A stretch of 62,987 nucleotides of DNA, the filler included, from Reclinomonas americana ATCC 50394 (Eukaryota): the NCBI GenBank assembly GCA_048213135.1. It is 20 parts of 20 records of this genome, joined end to end, with 100 filler letters (N's around TTAATTAATTAA, not from the genome) between each part and the next. Parts side by side here need not be neighbours in the genome. Positions count along the whole stretch, not along the records: positions 39,154 to 40,523 come from AFZH01023938.1; positions 40,624 to 42,339 come from AFZH01023939.1; positions 42,440 to 46,322 come from AFZH01023940.1; positions 46,423 to 48,148 come from AFZH01023941.1; positions 48,249 to 49,297 come from AFZH01023942.1; positions 49,398 to 51,954 come from AFZH01023943.1; positions 52,055 to 62,987 come from AFZH01023944.1; 13 more parts are not named here. One strand, written 5' to 3'. The notes under the pieces were generated by a model. That model did no database searches. It saw nothing but the letters and a program-made list of their open reading frames with translations, and was not told the origin of the DNA. Positions 40,401-53,206 of the stretch are shown here, piece after piece (positions within the stretch are counted from its first letter, which is position 1; each line of letters opens with the position of its first letter). Made by a program: the position numbers and the translations under genes.

Positions 40401-43400
40401 TGCCACCGGTGATAGCTCCCGAAGCCACAATGTCACCCGGTGTTGTGAGACTGCCAACGCGACCGACACCAGCAATCAGCAGCGAACCAGCGCTGGTGAA
40501 GCTACCAGAAGTTGCCAGTCCAGNNNNNNNNNNNNNNNNNNNNNNNNNNNNNNNNNNNNNNNNNNNNTTAATTAATTAANNNNNNNNNNNNNNNNNNNNN
40601 NNNNNNNNNNNNNNNNNNNNNNNTCGAGCCCGCTTGTACCAGACCAGCAGTGGTCACACTGCCAGCCGATACGAGACCAGTGACAGTCGCACTTCCGCTC
40701 GTGTCCAACGAGCCGCCCCGAACGACGCCAGCAGCAAGCACTGTGCCACTGGTGGTGAGGCTGCCGGCCGTGACGAGACCAGCAGACTGTATAGTACCGG
40801 CAGTAGTCAAACTGCCACCCATGACAACGCCCACGGCCACAATGGTGCCGTTGGTCGCCAGACTGCCACCGGAAACCAGGCCGCTGGTGGAGATTAGTGC
40901 CGCCTGCACCCAACCACTCGTAGTAACACTTCCGCCAGTCACCAGTGCTGCAACCGTCAACGTGCCACTGGTGCTCAGCAAACCACCGACAACAGCGTTG
41001 GCTGCGACCACGGTTCCGGCAGTGCTCAGGCTGCCACCAGCCACAAGGCCCGCTGCACTCATCACGCCACCCGAGATGACACCGTTGCCACCGGTCACAG
41101 AACCGTTGGATGAGATGGTGGCACCGAGCAGCCGGCCAGCAGTGGTCACACTGCCACCGGTAATAATACCAGCCACGGTGGCGTCGCCAAGCGTTGCAAA
41201 ACTGCCACCTGTCACCAAACCAGAGGCCACCAGGGTTCCGCCCGTAGAGAAGCTGCCGCCAGTGACTAAGCCAGTGACGGTAGCCGTCGCAGAAAGCGTT
41301 ACTGCTCCGCCAACAGACAATGCACCAGTCACAGTGGCCGCCGTCGCTGTTACGCCACCGTTGAGTGTTGTCGATCCAGTAGTAGTTAGAGGTCCGGTAA
41401 CAGACACCGAACCACCAAAGGTTGATGCGCCATTGCCAACGGTGAAAGGTTGCGCGTTGTCGACAGAGACTGAAGAGCTGAAGCGCACAGGCGCAGTGGA
41501 CGTGAGCGCACCATTAAGCGTGGTCACGCCTGCCACAACCAGTGCGCCGTCAGCGGTCAACGTAGTTGTCGCTCCCACAACTCGAATGTCGCCGGTGAAC
41601 GTCGACGAGCCGCCAGCAACAGCAAGAGCGCCATTGAGTGACGTGAGTTGACTCACGGTCAGCGTGCCGCCGAGAGTGGCGGCTCCCGAACCCACCGTGA
41701 GAGTGCTTGCATTCTGCAGAACTACGTTGCCGTTAAACGTGGACGCGCCAGTCACTGTCAGACCGGCGCCGGCAGTTACGAGGCCGGCAATACTGAGAGC
41801 GCCACCGAATGAACTGCTGCCGGAACCAACGACCAATTTTCTCGTACCCGTGATGCTAACATCGCCGTCAAAGGTGGCCACACCTGCCACTGACAGAGTG
41901 CTGGACAGTGCGGCCGCGCCTGTCAAGCTGAGTGCGCCTCCGAGAGTCGTGACACCGCCGCCACCAACCTGCAAACAAACCATCATCGACAAGTAATGAG
42001 TTGGAAACGCACACTCACGGGATACAGCCGAGGAAACACGAGGCAACTCACCCAGAGGTTGCTGCTTGCACCAGTGACAGAGAGGGTGCCAGCAACGGTC
42101 GCACCGGCTGCGCCACTCAGAGCGCCGTTGATTGTCGCGGCACCAGTCACGGACAGAGTGCCACCAAGGCTGGTTGCTCCTCCGCCAACAGTGAGAGTGC
42201 TGGTGGGTCCGGAAACGGCGACTGGGCCAAGGAATGTGGCACCCGTCATTCCGGTCAACAAGCCGGTGACTTGAACCGTGGATGCGAATGTCGCCGGTCC
42301 ACCAAACGCTGCAGCTCCCGTGCCGACTGTAAATGTGTTNNNNNNNNNNNNNNNNNNNNNNNNNNNNNNNNNNNNNNNNNNNNTTAATTAATTAANNNNN
42401 NNNNNNNNNNNNNNNNNNNNNNNNNNNNNNNNNNNNNNNGGATCCTTGCACAGACACGGCGCCGCTGAACGTCGCGGTACCGGCTACGCTAAGATTGCGC
42501 TGAACCGCCGTGTCGCGCGTCACATTGAGATCGCCGCCGAACGACACCAAGCCAGTACCAACAGTCAGCGTGTTTGGCGACGCAATCGACACACTGGCCG
42601 AAAACGTACTGTTACCGCCGACAGTAAGCGTACTGAGCAGTGACGTGGCCTGTGCCACCGACAAGGTGCCTCCCAATGTTGCGGCACCTGTGCCCACCGT
42701 CAACGTGCTCGCACCGGTAATGGTGGTGTTGGACAGCGAGGTGGTCCCGTTGGCACTCAGCGCCGCATTGAAAACCGCTGAGCCGCCGACCACCAGCGAC
42801 GATTGCAGCGACGTGGCGCCAGCAACATTCACCGTGCCACCGAGAGTGACAGACCCGGTGCCCACGGTGAACGTGCTCGTGGCGCCAGTGATCGCCACAC
42901 TGCCGGCGACAGCCAACGTACCACCGAGAACCGTGGCCCCCGTGCCCACTGTCAGGGTACTCGCTCCCGCCACTGAGACGCTGCTTTGGAAAACCGACGC
43001 GCCGCTAACGGAGAGGGCGCCACCGAGGCTCGTGGTACCGCTGGCCACCGACAGATTGCGCGTGCCGGTAACATTGACGTCGTTGTTGAATACAGAGGTG
43101 CCAGTGACGACCAAGTTGCCGCCAAGGGACGTGGCACCACCGGCGACCACCAGCGCTGCAGTGCCTGGCACAGTCACACCGCCCAACATAATACTGGCTC
43201 CAGTGACCGACAAGGCGCTGCCAAGGTACGTGGAGCTAGTCACGCTCAAACTCGACGACAGAGTAGTGACGCCTGACACGTCGAGTGTGCCTCGCAGCAC
43301 TGTAGGGGTTGTCGTGGCCACAGTAAACGCGTTGTTAATGGTTGTCACACCAGCCACCGTCAGCGTGCCGCCGAGAGTGGAGGCCCCACTCGCCACAGTC

Positions 43401-46400
43401 AAATTGGCCGCCCCAGTGAGCGACACGTTGCCGGCCACACTTAGAGTGCCTGCCAGATCAGAAGCGGTGAGCAGGCGCAGTACTTAGCACTCGCGATGAC
43501 GTCCCACGACGCACCTGTGACAGTCGTAGCAACGACGGGGATGGTCATCAAGTTGACTGCGGCATGACCGAGAGTGATAGCAGTCGGTTGCAGCCGCATG
43601 TACACATCCACACCCATTTTGAGCTCCAGAATACTGGAGGCAGTGAGTTCCGCCTGCGGTGTGTGGCGTGAACACATATTCTTGGCATGTGCAACTCGCA
43701 GAAAAACATGCATCAAACAACACAAATGGGAAAACTGCAAAGCGAACCTCAGGAGCACTGGCCAGCCAACGATTCGGTGAACTTGTCGATCCGTTTGCTC
43801 CGAGTGTCAACAGTACGTCACCATACGCACTGCTTCGTCGCTGCAGCGCGATTGTCTGCCCCACTCCATCGATCACAACTTGCGAAAACTGCGTAGCAGA
43901 CACGCGAGCCACTGAGGTGATCTGGCTCGTCGACTGCAGCAGAGTCTGTGCTGAGAGCAGAGTGATCTGAGTGGTGCCATTGGTGCCATCGGCCGACACG
44001 ACAAAGCTGTTTGTGGCTTGCAAGTTGACGTTGTTCAGAGCCGTGTCGGCATTCCACTGCGCACCACTCTTGTACACAGTGAATGCCGTGGACAAGTCGG
44101 CCTTTTGCACTTTGAACTCCTGTGGAACAACATGGAATTCAGAATAAGAATATGCACGACGAAGTGATTGCGAGTCACGCAACAAGTCCTTGAACCGCAG
44201 TCGATGTCGCTGTCCCGACTGATCCGAGAGTGATGGTGGTGGATGTCACTCCGAAACTCGACGCCGTTGCTTGTACCGATGTACCCTCAATTGTTACCTG
44301 TCAAAGAGAGAGATATATCAATGACCACGTCAAATCTCCAGCGTAAACACGCGACGCACAAGTGGAGAGGCCTGGCCGGAGGCACCAATCGCCACATTGC
44401 CGTTCACGCCAATGCCGTTGCCACGTCCGCCCGTAATGCGCAGCGTACCGCCTGCCGTGTCCGTCACTGCACGCGCAGTACGAGCCAACACAAACTCCGT
44501 TGAAGAGTCCGGCCCAAACTGTACTGTGCTACCAGCGGTGGCAAGGACGCGTGACGTGACGGCCAGTGACAAATCGCCGGCAACCTGCACCTTTGTTGTG
44601 AGGCACAGTCGCGTGCAAAATCTACACACAGTGGACTGCGAGGCTCGAACCTGGGTCGTCGCTGACGACAGTACTGTACTACCGGCTCCCGAGCGACCAA
44701 CTGTCACACTCTGTGCATTGGTCACACCGATATTGACAGTACCTGGCGTGCCAACACCAGCACCAGCATCCACATAACTGCGACATTGGAGAAACAAAGA
44801 GAAAGAGAGAGATTAGTACAAGGGCAGGAGCTTGGAGGAAGAAGCTAAACAAAAGCGAGCAACAAAACATTGAACCAGCCGTGAAGCCCCCTGAGGAAGC
44901 GTCCTGACCGAGCAGACGAATATCGGAGCCAGCGGCACCAGCAACTGTCGGTCGTGTGAGTACAAAATCGCCGACAGCAGCAGTTGTGCCAAACAGAAGG
45001 CGCTTGGTGGGTGGATCCAATGTCAAGTCGCCTCCTGAAGATGTCACCGTGGACGCCACAGTCAACAGGCCTCCAATAGTTACAGAGCTTGCTGCGGTGA
45101 CCTGTGTGACACGAAAGGGGGGGCGGATGAGAAACATCATCGATTAGTCCGACGAGAACGGGAGTTGGCGTAGCGGCGACATACCGGGCCGAGAAGAGCC
45201 GTCGTCGCGCCAACACGACCGATTTGTACAGCAGGGCTCGTACCGGCTGTGCCTATTTGTACAGCCACTGACGCATCAATCACGACACTCCGTGCCTCAG
45301 TCATCACCTACATGCGTTGCCAGGTGTGTGAGCGAGAGGAACACGGACACCGTTGGCAGCAGCTGTAAGCAGCAGCGACGCAACGGCATTGGTACTCGAA
45401 GAGCCCAAAATGACATTCGCGGACACCACATTAGCGTTGGTGCCGGGCGACGCAGCCAGCCGGACAGTACCGCCGAGTGCATTGGCACCAGTCGGAGTCG
45501 GACGAGTAACAATAAACTCACCGCCGTCGGGGAATCCAAGCAACAACTTGCTTGACGGCGCAAGTAATGCCCCAGCGACCGACGTCAATTCCAAATTGCC
45601 AGCCACCTGGAGAGAAGAGACCATGTGTGACGCGACCATTGCAACGAGGGGGGAGAAAGCGACCACGTGCACATACTTGAACATTACTGGAAAATACGGT
45701 AGCGGCGCCGACCTGGACTTGTGCGGTATTCGCCGTGCCCAGCAGAAGATTGCCGGCGGTTGCTCCGCTACCGCCGGTGAGTACTCTGTACGGATTTTGT
45801 ACATTGGCGAATCGTGAGAAAACCCCACGCACAATAATACGAGATTAGCGGGCAATGAGACGCAACAGATTGCCACCCGTGTTGCCGGGATTCGGCTGGC
45901 CAGTAATAGTTGTGATGGTGGCCACTGGACCCGTCGTGAAATTGGGACGAGTGATGGTGATGTTGCTGGTGGCATTGCCGATAGAAATGGTTCCATTTTG
46001 TGGCTGAAGCGACAGTGTTCCGGCTGAATTCTTAACTGTCGCCACATCGATGAAGGATCCGATCGTCAACTGCAGGTGGTGGCGCACAAAGTAAAATCGG
46101 TCAAATGTTTGTTACTTTTGGTCGGAAATACGAGAGAGCGACGTACCGATCCCAGAATGGATGTGTTGACAGCCGCACTGCCAATGAAAATGGCAGGCGC
46201 CGTCGGAGCAATGTAGACAGCAGTAGCTGAGTCGACAGTGGTGGACGTGGCCGACAGAAGATTGGCCTGCGTACAGACGTCAAGGTCAAGAGGTACACAC
46301 ACACACACACACACACACACACNNNNNNNNNNNNNNNNNNNNNNNNNNNNNNNNNNNNNNNNNNNNTTAATTAATTAANNNNNNNNNNNNNNNNNNNNNN

Positions 46401-46422
46401 NNNNNNNNNNNNNNNNNNNNNN

Positions 46423-46517
<95 letters not shown>

Positions 46518-48148
46518 GACCGGCACTCGTCAGACTGCCAAGTATCAACTTGCCATTGGCTGCCACACCAGTGCCTGGCAGAATTACCACATCGAGGCCC
46601 ACAGACGCTGGCGCGGTGAGACTTGGCCGCGCAAAGGTGAAAACCGGCTGACTGGTGTTGCCCAGGGCGATGGAGCCCGTGGGCGACTGCAGCGAATTGA
46701 ACGTGATGGCAGTGCTGCTGGAAAACACGACAGACGACAAGGTTGTTGTGCCGTCGAATATCACGGGACCTTGGAAGCGCGTGGCACCCGTGGGGTTGCC
46801 AATAGTGACCTGTGAATAGAAGAAACGAAAGACCAAGCAGGGCAATAAATAGCCAGCTCATCACGCGAGACACTAGTGACGTCAACAACGGCAGTAACCT
46901 GAGTTGGGTTCTGAGTGGCAATCAGCACGTCACCACGAGTAAAGTTGCCGTGGCCGCCTTCGATCACACTTTACGCAGGAAAAAAAACAGACACCAGGTT
47001 AGCCGTGCGGCGCATGTGCGCGTGCGTGTGTGCAATGACAAAAGTAGCACAATCACTGACGCACACATTGCCACCGTTGAACACTGCGCTCTGGCCGTTG
47101 ATGATCAGGTCGTCTCCGTCCAGCAAATCAGTGCGTGCCGGACGTCGCAGCGTGAACGCTCCGGTGGCGTCACCAAACTCAACGGCGTTTGCCGTGCTTC
47201 GAATAGTCAGTGGTGTATTTGCCGTAGCACTTGTCACAACGTCGGTGGCCAGTGAGGTGTCGACCTACGAGGGCGTGGAGGTGGTGATTTAGCTGATACG
47301 ATCTAGATTTCACAGAGTCGGCCGAGAAAAAGAAAACGCAACAATTACAGGCTTTCTTGCACCCGGACTAAGCACGATGGAGTGCGCGGCCGTGGTCACT
47401 GTCAGGCCGCGTCCAGTCGGCAGCAACTCCATTGTGGCCACCGAGCCTGCAACATTCAACACCAGCTGCGCCGCCGCACCTACACGCCCACAAAGAGAGA
47501 CAGAGAGAGAAGAGCACGCTCAGTCCATTTTCAACGACACAACAGAGGGGGCTTTGTGCACTGACCAGCAACTGGCGTGACGGCCGCAAGCAAGGCATTG
47601 GCAACAGTGCCAGTGACTGTAATCGAGTCGATAAACGCCAGCGCACTCTCCAACTGGAATGAACCGGTTGCTGGAAAGCTCACGACCGGAACGCCGGACG
47701 GATTGTACAACTTGAGCGCTTGCCCATCTGCTTTCCACGAAAAGTACTGCGACATGTCGGTATTGATGCCCATGCGCAGCTCCGAAGTGCTGCTGGCGGT
47801 ACTGTTGGAGCCAGGAGGTCGAATCTGCAAAGCAATCAGGCGCAAGGCGAGGCCAGCCAACAATTGGAGTGGCACACGCACCTCCACCGCACTGCCGTGC
47901 AGCTGCACCCGACCAGCTCTACTGGCGGTAGACACCGACCCGCCGGCCACGTACGCAAGACCGCCATTGATACCTACGGAAGATTACGGGGAAAGAGAGA
48001 GAGAGAGAGAAAGAGAGAGTGAGTGAGTAGGCGCAAAAGTAAAGGCACATCGCGAGGAAATGAACGAACCAGTGCCACCAATCAAAGACGCTGTGCCACC
48101 AGCTGCTGTGGTGCTCGTGCCAGCACGGATCTCGACACCGCCGCCAGG
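37429..48148 (-). CDS. Giant G/S/T/A/V-rich beta-repeat (fibre/adhesin-like) protein, spanning five contigs, both ends missing
   Basis: Open frames across 37429-39053, 39154-40523, 40624-41969 and 42440-43480, with repeats GLVTGGSLTTAG and LTVGTGATTLGGTLSV. The N-terminal region 43500-48148 is split by many short introns (e.g. 44120-44183, 45786-45866, 47265-47342). Confidence 0.8.
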
Positions 48149-49273
48149 NNNNNNNNNNNNNNNNNNNNNNNNNNNNNNNNNNNNNNNNNNNNTTAATTAA
48201 TTAANNNNNNNNNNNNNNNNNNNNNNNNNNNNNNNNNNNNNNNNNNNNAAAGCAGGTGTGTGACCTTGCTCCTCTTGATCTCTCTTTCCTTCTTCCCTCC
48301 CACTCACCTCATTCATGCAGGTCGTGCATGTCATAGAGAGCGTGGCGTGGGTGGGTGGACGCATGCGTGTCGTGATGTGCGACATGGTGGCCTGGCCGGT
48401 GGATCGTTTTCAATCCCGGCTGGCAAGTCGGAGCAGATCGATGATGTGCGCTTCTTAGTTGCTGCTGTCGCCGCCAAGTAATGATACTGGTGGCCATGGG
48501 AGACTGCAGACGCGCGCGTGGCCTGGTGCGTACGTGTTCTGCATCTGCGTTGAGGAGTAAGTTGGTGAGACTTGGAGATTGACTAACTCAAGTCTGTGTG
48601 ACAGGCGTGCTGGCAAGTGACTCGTCACTGGCATGCGAAGACACGTGGTTCCGTGCCACACAGTGCATGCATGAGACAATGCACCGACCGACTGTGAGTG
48701 TGATTGAAGGCACGAGGCATTGATTGTGACGTGGATGAGAGGAGGCGAGTCTCACGACGCTCCATCGCTGTGCACGTGCTACTGTACTGGTCGCTGCTCT
48801 CCTGTTCCCTGTGACTCTCCATCAGCGTCGTACCATCATGACGTGCACCTCGTCAGCTTCGCTGTGGGCCGAGCCACGGAGGTGTGCGGTTTCGATGACT
48901 CGGTGCGGTGGCTTCAGCACAGCTGGACCACAGCTGCATATCCAAGCAGCCCGACATTCCAATCCTCGTTGGCAGAGAATGCAGGTCAGTCAAAAGAGAG
49001 TGTCGCTGGTCAGCAGCACGGTGCAGTGGAGCGCCACCTTGTGCCACCACCACCATGCTTGACCATTCTGCCGATTTCTCATCGACGAGTCACATGTCGG
49101 TCTTTGAAAGCTCACACGCATCAAAGAAGCCACGTCGCTCACACTGCCGGTTGCTGTTGATTGCTGACTGCAGCCTGGCGAGGGATGGACGACGTCTCGG
49201 AGCAAGGCGGGAGAAGAAAGGCGGGAAAGGGTGACAATCCCGAGCGAGCAAGTCACACACACACACACGGGGA

Positions 49274-49874
49274 ATGGCAACAAAGGTGTGAATGTGTNNN
49301 NNNNNNNNNNNNNNNNNNNNNNNNNNNNNNNNNNNNNNNNNTTAATTAATTAANNNNNNNNNNNNNNNNNNNNNNNNNNNNNNNNNNNNNNNNNNNNACT
49401 CCCGACGGTCAGCATATCGTGAGTGGCGGTAGGGACAAAACGGTGAGAGTGTGGTCACTGACGAGTGGAGAAGAAGTGCGACGACTAGAAGGACACACTG
49501 GATGGGTGTCGTCTGTCACCATCACCTCCAATGGCCAGCATGTCGTGAGTGGGAGCGAGGACAGCACCGTGCGGGTATGGTCTCTGGAGAGTGGCGAGGA
49601 GGTGCGGCGGTTGGAGGGACACACGCACCTGGTGATATCCGTCGCCGTCTCTCCCGATGGTCAGCACATTGTGAGCGCGGGTGGCTACGACGAGACCGTG
49701 CGAGTGTGGTTCACACCGCGTGGCCTTGCTCGCTCTGAACTCGACGCTGCGCGCTCGGCCATGCATGCCGTGCAGGAGATGCAGGAGGAGGAAGTAGATT
49801 CACGATGCCTTCCCGAGCTGGTTCTGCGCTGCTTTATCGTCGAGGATGCCGAGGTCGTCCTTTTCCGGTGCTGA
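49274..49874 (+). CDS. WD40 repeat protein, array copy 1 (exon 1 MATK 49274-49285; middle lost in gap)
   Basis: ATGGCAACAAAG|GTGTGA before the gap. After the gap are the last ~2.5 WD repeats and the tail TPRGLARSELDAARSAMHAVQEMQEEEVDSRCLPELVLRCFIVEDAEVVLFRC*. Confidence 0.85.
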
Positions 49875-52054
49875 GTTGGTGAGTCGGAGAGAGGGAGAGC
49901 GGTGGCTGCTGGTGATTGTGAGTTGTTTTTTCGTGTCTTGCGAGGGAGAGTGGGTGGGGGAAGAGAGGACGATTGAGGGAGAGAGAGAGGTCATTGATGA
50001 AAAATTGTTCTCTGTGTTTGTTGCCCTTTCATGTGAATGATAGTCTGCGGTCGTGAAGGATGTCTCCCTCTGTGTGCGTATCTCTTTCTCACCTCCGTTT
50101 TGTGAGCAAGCTCGATGAATCACCTGGGAGTCTCTTGCGTTTTTTTGTCTTGTTGTGAAGTCTGTTGTGTGTGCACCTTATTCGTGCATGTGTGTGTCTC
50201 AGGAGAGCGAGCCGCCGATGATTGTTTCCCTCGCGTCTTGTTTGCACACTTTCTTGGCACCGCTGTACTCGCTTTCCATTGTGCACGTGCGCTGCGGACA
50301 TTCTTCTTCCGCCCTGAAGAATGCCTGTCTTTCAGCTCTCTTTTTCCTGCCTCCTGCAGAGTCTATCTCATTCTCCGCCATCTCGCTGCCTTTGTGCGCT
50401 CATCTGCTTCCCCAGCCATCCACCCCTCCTTGCCGCACGCTCGAGGTCGAGCTGCTGGTCCGCTCACCGTGTTCCGATTGCCATCCTGCCAGTCCATCAT
50501 GGTGAGTTTCCCGATGCCGAAGTGTGTGAGGTGGCATACCTGCATACTGACTCTGCTCCTTCTCTCCCTTGCAGGATGGTTGTGTGAGCATCCCTCGCCT
50601 TGCCTCTTGCCCAAACGCGTGTTGGTATCAGGTGCTGATCGGTGTGTTTGTCAGTGAGACAGAGCAGATTTCTCTCCCCGTCCTCCATTCTTTTTTCTCA
50701 CAGCACACCGGCATGCAGAGGCCATGGAAAGCATGTCGTGGCGTTGACAGGCGTGATGTGCATTGCCCGTTGTCGACCGTCACCTCACTCACTCGGCTCC
50801 CCACTCGCATCCCACCGTGAACTCAGCAGGTGTGTGGCCTTGATCGTCCTGATCTCTCTTTTCTCCTTCTCCTCCCACTCACCTCATTCATGCAGGCCAT
50901 GCATGCCACGGAGCGTGGCGTGCCGTGAAGTGCGCCGGTGGCCTGGTCGGTGGATCGTTTCAATCCCGGCTGGCAAGTCGGAGCGGATCAATGATGTGCG
51001 CACCTTGGCTGCCGCCGTCTCTGTCGAGTGATGATGCTGGCCACGGGGGACTGCAGACGCGTACTCGGCAATCTACTCATGGGTGGACACATGCGTGTCG
51101 TGTTTCCCGATGGGTGGCCTGGTTGGTGGATCGTTCTCGATCCCGGTTGGCAAGTCGGAGCGGATCGATGATGTGCGCTTCTTGGTTGCTGCTGTCGCCG
51201 CCAAGTAATGATGGTGATGGCCATGGGAGACTGCAGACGCGCGCGTGGCCTGGTGCGTACGTGTTCTGCTTCCGCGTTGAGGAACAAGTTTGCGGGACTT
51301 GAAGATTGACTGACTCCATTCTGTGTCACAGGCGCGCGTGCTGGCAAGAGGCATGCGACATGACCACATGTTGTTCCGTGCTTCACAGTGCATGCGTGAG
51401 ATGATTCACCGACCGACTGTGAGTGTGATTGGAGGCATTGATTGTGAGTTGGGTGAGAGGAGGCGAGTCTCACGACACAGCTGCCTCGTCCATCGCTGTG
51501 CACGTGCTACTGTACTGGTCGCTCCTCTCCTGTTCCCTGGGACTCTCCTTCTTCGTCGTACCATCATGACGTGCACCTCGTCAGCTTCGCTGTGGGCCGA
51601 GCCAAGGAGGTGTGAGGTGTCGCTGACTCGCTGCTCAATTGATTCTCGGGTGTGCCGTGGCATCAGCACACCAGGGCCACAGCTGCATATCCAAGCAGCC
51701 CGACATGCAGTCCTCGTTGAGAGATAATGCAGGTCAGTCGAAAGAGAGTGTCGCTGGACAGCAGCACGGTGCGGTGGAGCGCCACCTTGCGTCCACCCTG
51801 CTTGTCCATGCTGCCGATTTCCCATCGACAAGTCCCATGTCGGTCTTCAAAAGCCCACAAGCATCAACAAAGCCACACTATCGCATGCTGCTGTATGTTG
51901 TGTGGCTTGCTGGCTGCAGCCTGGCGAGGGATGAGGGACGTCTCAGAGCAAGGCNNNNNNNNNNNNNNNNNNNNNNNNNNNNNNNNNNNNNNNNNNNNTT
52001 AATTAATTAANNNNNNNNNNNNNNNNNNNNNNNNNNNNNNNNNNNNNNNNNNNN

Positions 52055-52352
52055 AGAGGCACGCCTGGTTACACAGAAACAGTTTAAGACGGGTGACATG
52101 GTGCGCTGCGCGCGACTCCGTCCGCCATTTTCACACACACACACAAGCGCGCCCACAACCCGCGAGTACATCCACGCACGTCGTGCGACTCACCATGCGA
52201 GACGGCGACGAGCAGGATGATGACGCACAGCAGTGGCACCAGGAGACGAGAGGCGACTGCGCAGAGGGAGGCGGAGAAACAATCAGACAAACAACAAAGG
52301 AGAGTATGAAGCTGACGCCAGCACGGCACCACTCACCATGTTTGGTGGACAT
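52055..52352 (-). CDS. 5' exons of a secreted protein (signal peptide)
   Basis: MSTKH|VASRLLVPLLCVIILLVAVSH| with two GTGAGT donors and a GCGCAG acceptor. Runs into the gap. Confidence 0.65.
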
Positions 52353-52798
52353 TGTTGTTCACTGCAAGGGGGTGGATGGGTGATGGCGCTTCTTTGATTG
52401 TTGCGTGTGTGTGCGTGTGGGTGCGGTGCGTGCGTGTTCGATTTTGCGAATCTCGTTTTTCCGAACACTTGTCCTCCGCAGGGTCGCTTGCTGCTCGGGG
52501 CTCCTCCATCCCAGATGATTGCGATCTCACTCTCTTTCTCTCCGTGTCGGCGAACCTCGTCAATGTGCATCACTTCGACTGCACTTCGCGACGTCGATAT
52601 CAATTAATTAATATTCTGCTCGAGCGCTCACGAGCTTCATGAACTGCCACTGCATGCAGTTTAGTCCGTGATATAAATTCTCTAGTACCGCACACACTGC
52701 AATATGCGACTCGTTTGTAGCCTGCAGCTGTCGACGTCGCTGCAGCTGCGCGACAATTGCAAGCCAGGTTGACGCGTAGTACATCGACGTACCACCTC

Positions 52799-53048
52799 CA
52801 AGCGGCCGTTGGACATAGCTGATCAGCGCCTTGTCCTACAACGGGTAAAGGGTCAAGGGTCAAGGGTACAGAAACAACGATTCCACGCGAGCGATGAGGT
52901 ATATAGGGTAGAAAAAGACGCTGATCACACTCACGAATCGGTTCAAGGGTAGAGGGTTGATCAATTGAGGAAGACACTGATTTCACGTGATTTCAATGCA
53001 AATGGACAAATTTAGGCAAGGCGCTGATCAGCTTTACTGCAAGCGGCC
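52799..53048. mobile_element. Possible MITE-like element: ~21-bp inverted repeats 52817-52838 / 53013-53033 with nearby 9-bp direct repeats
   Basis: AGCTGATCAGCGCCTTGTCCTA versus TAGGCAAGGCGCTGATCAGCT (one indel). CAAGCGGCC at 52799-52807 and 53040-53048. AT-richer interior. Confidence 0.4.
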
Positions 53049-53206
53049 ATGCGCGGCACACACCCGAGGTTTCCAACAAGCCGCATGCTGTGGCGAAGCG
53101 CGCGCGGATGTTGTTCGGTCCGTGTCCTGCTTCTCACACACCTTGTCGTCGTCAACGAAGCGCGCGCAAAAACAGCGCCCTCTTCTGTAAGCCTGCCACT
53201 CCCGGC

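Noticed and set aside
37518..43487. Long plus-strand ORFs (e.g. 37518-39101, 40650-41651, 42510-43487) rich in P/V/T
   Set aside because: They are antisense shadows of the G/S/T/A/V-biased minus-strand gene. Splice signals and repeat logic support the minus strand.
48385..48480. Ubiquitin-like reading of the spacer peptide GGSFSIPAGKSEQIDDVRFLV
   Set aside because: The resemblance covers only ~20 residues, ends at a stop codon in most copies, and lacks the rest of the fold.
52848..52870. (TCAAGGG)n as interstitial telomere
   Set aside because: Only about three imperfect units, too short to support.
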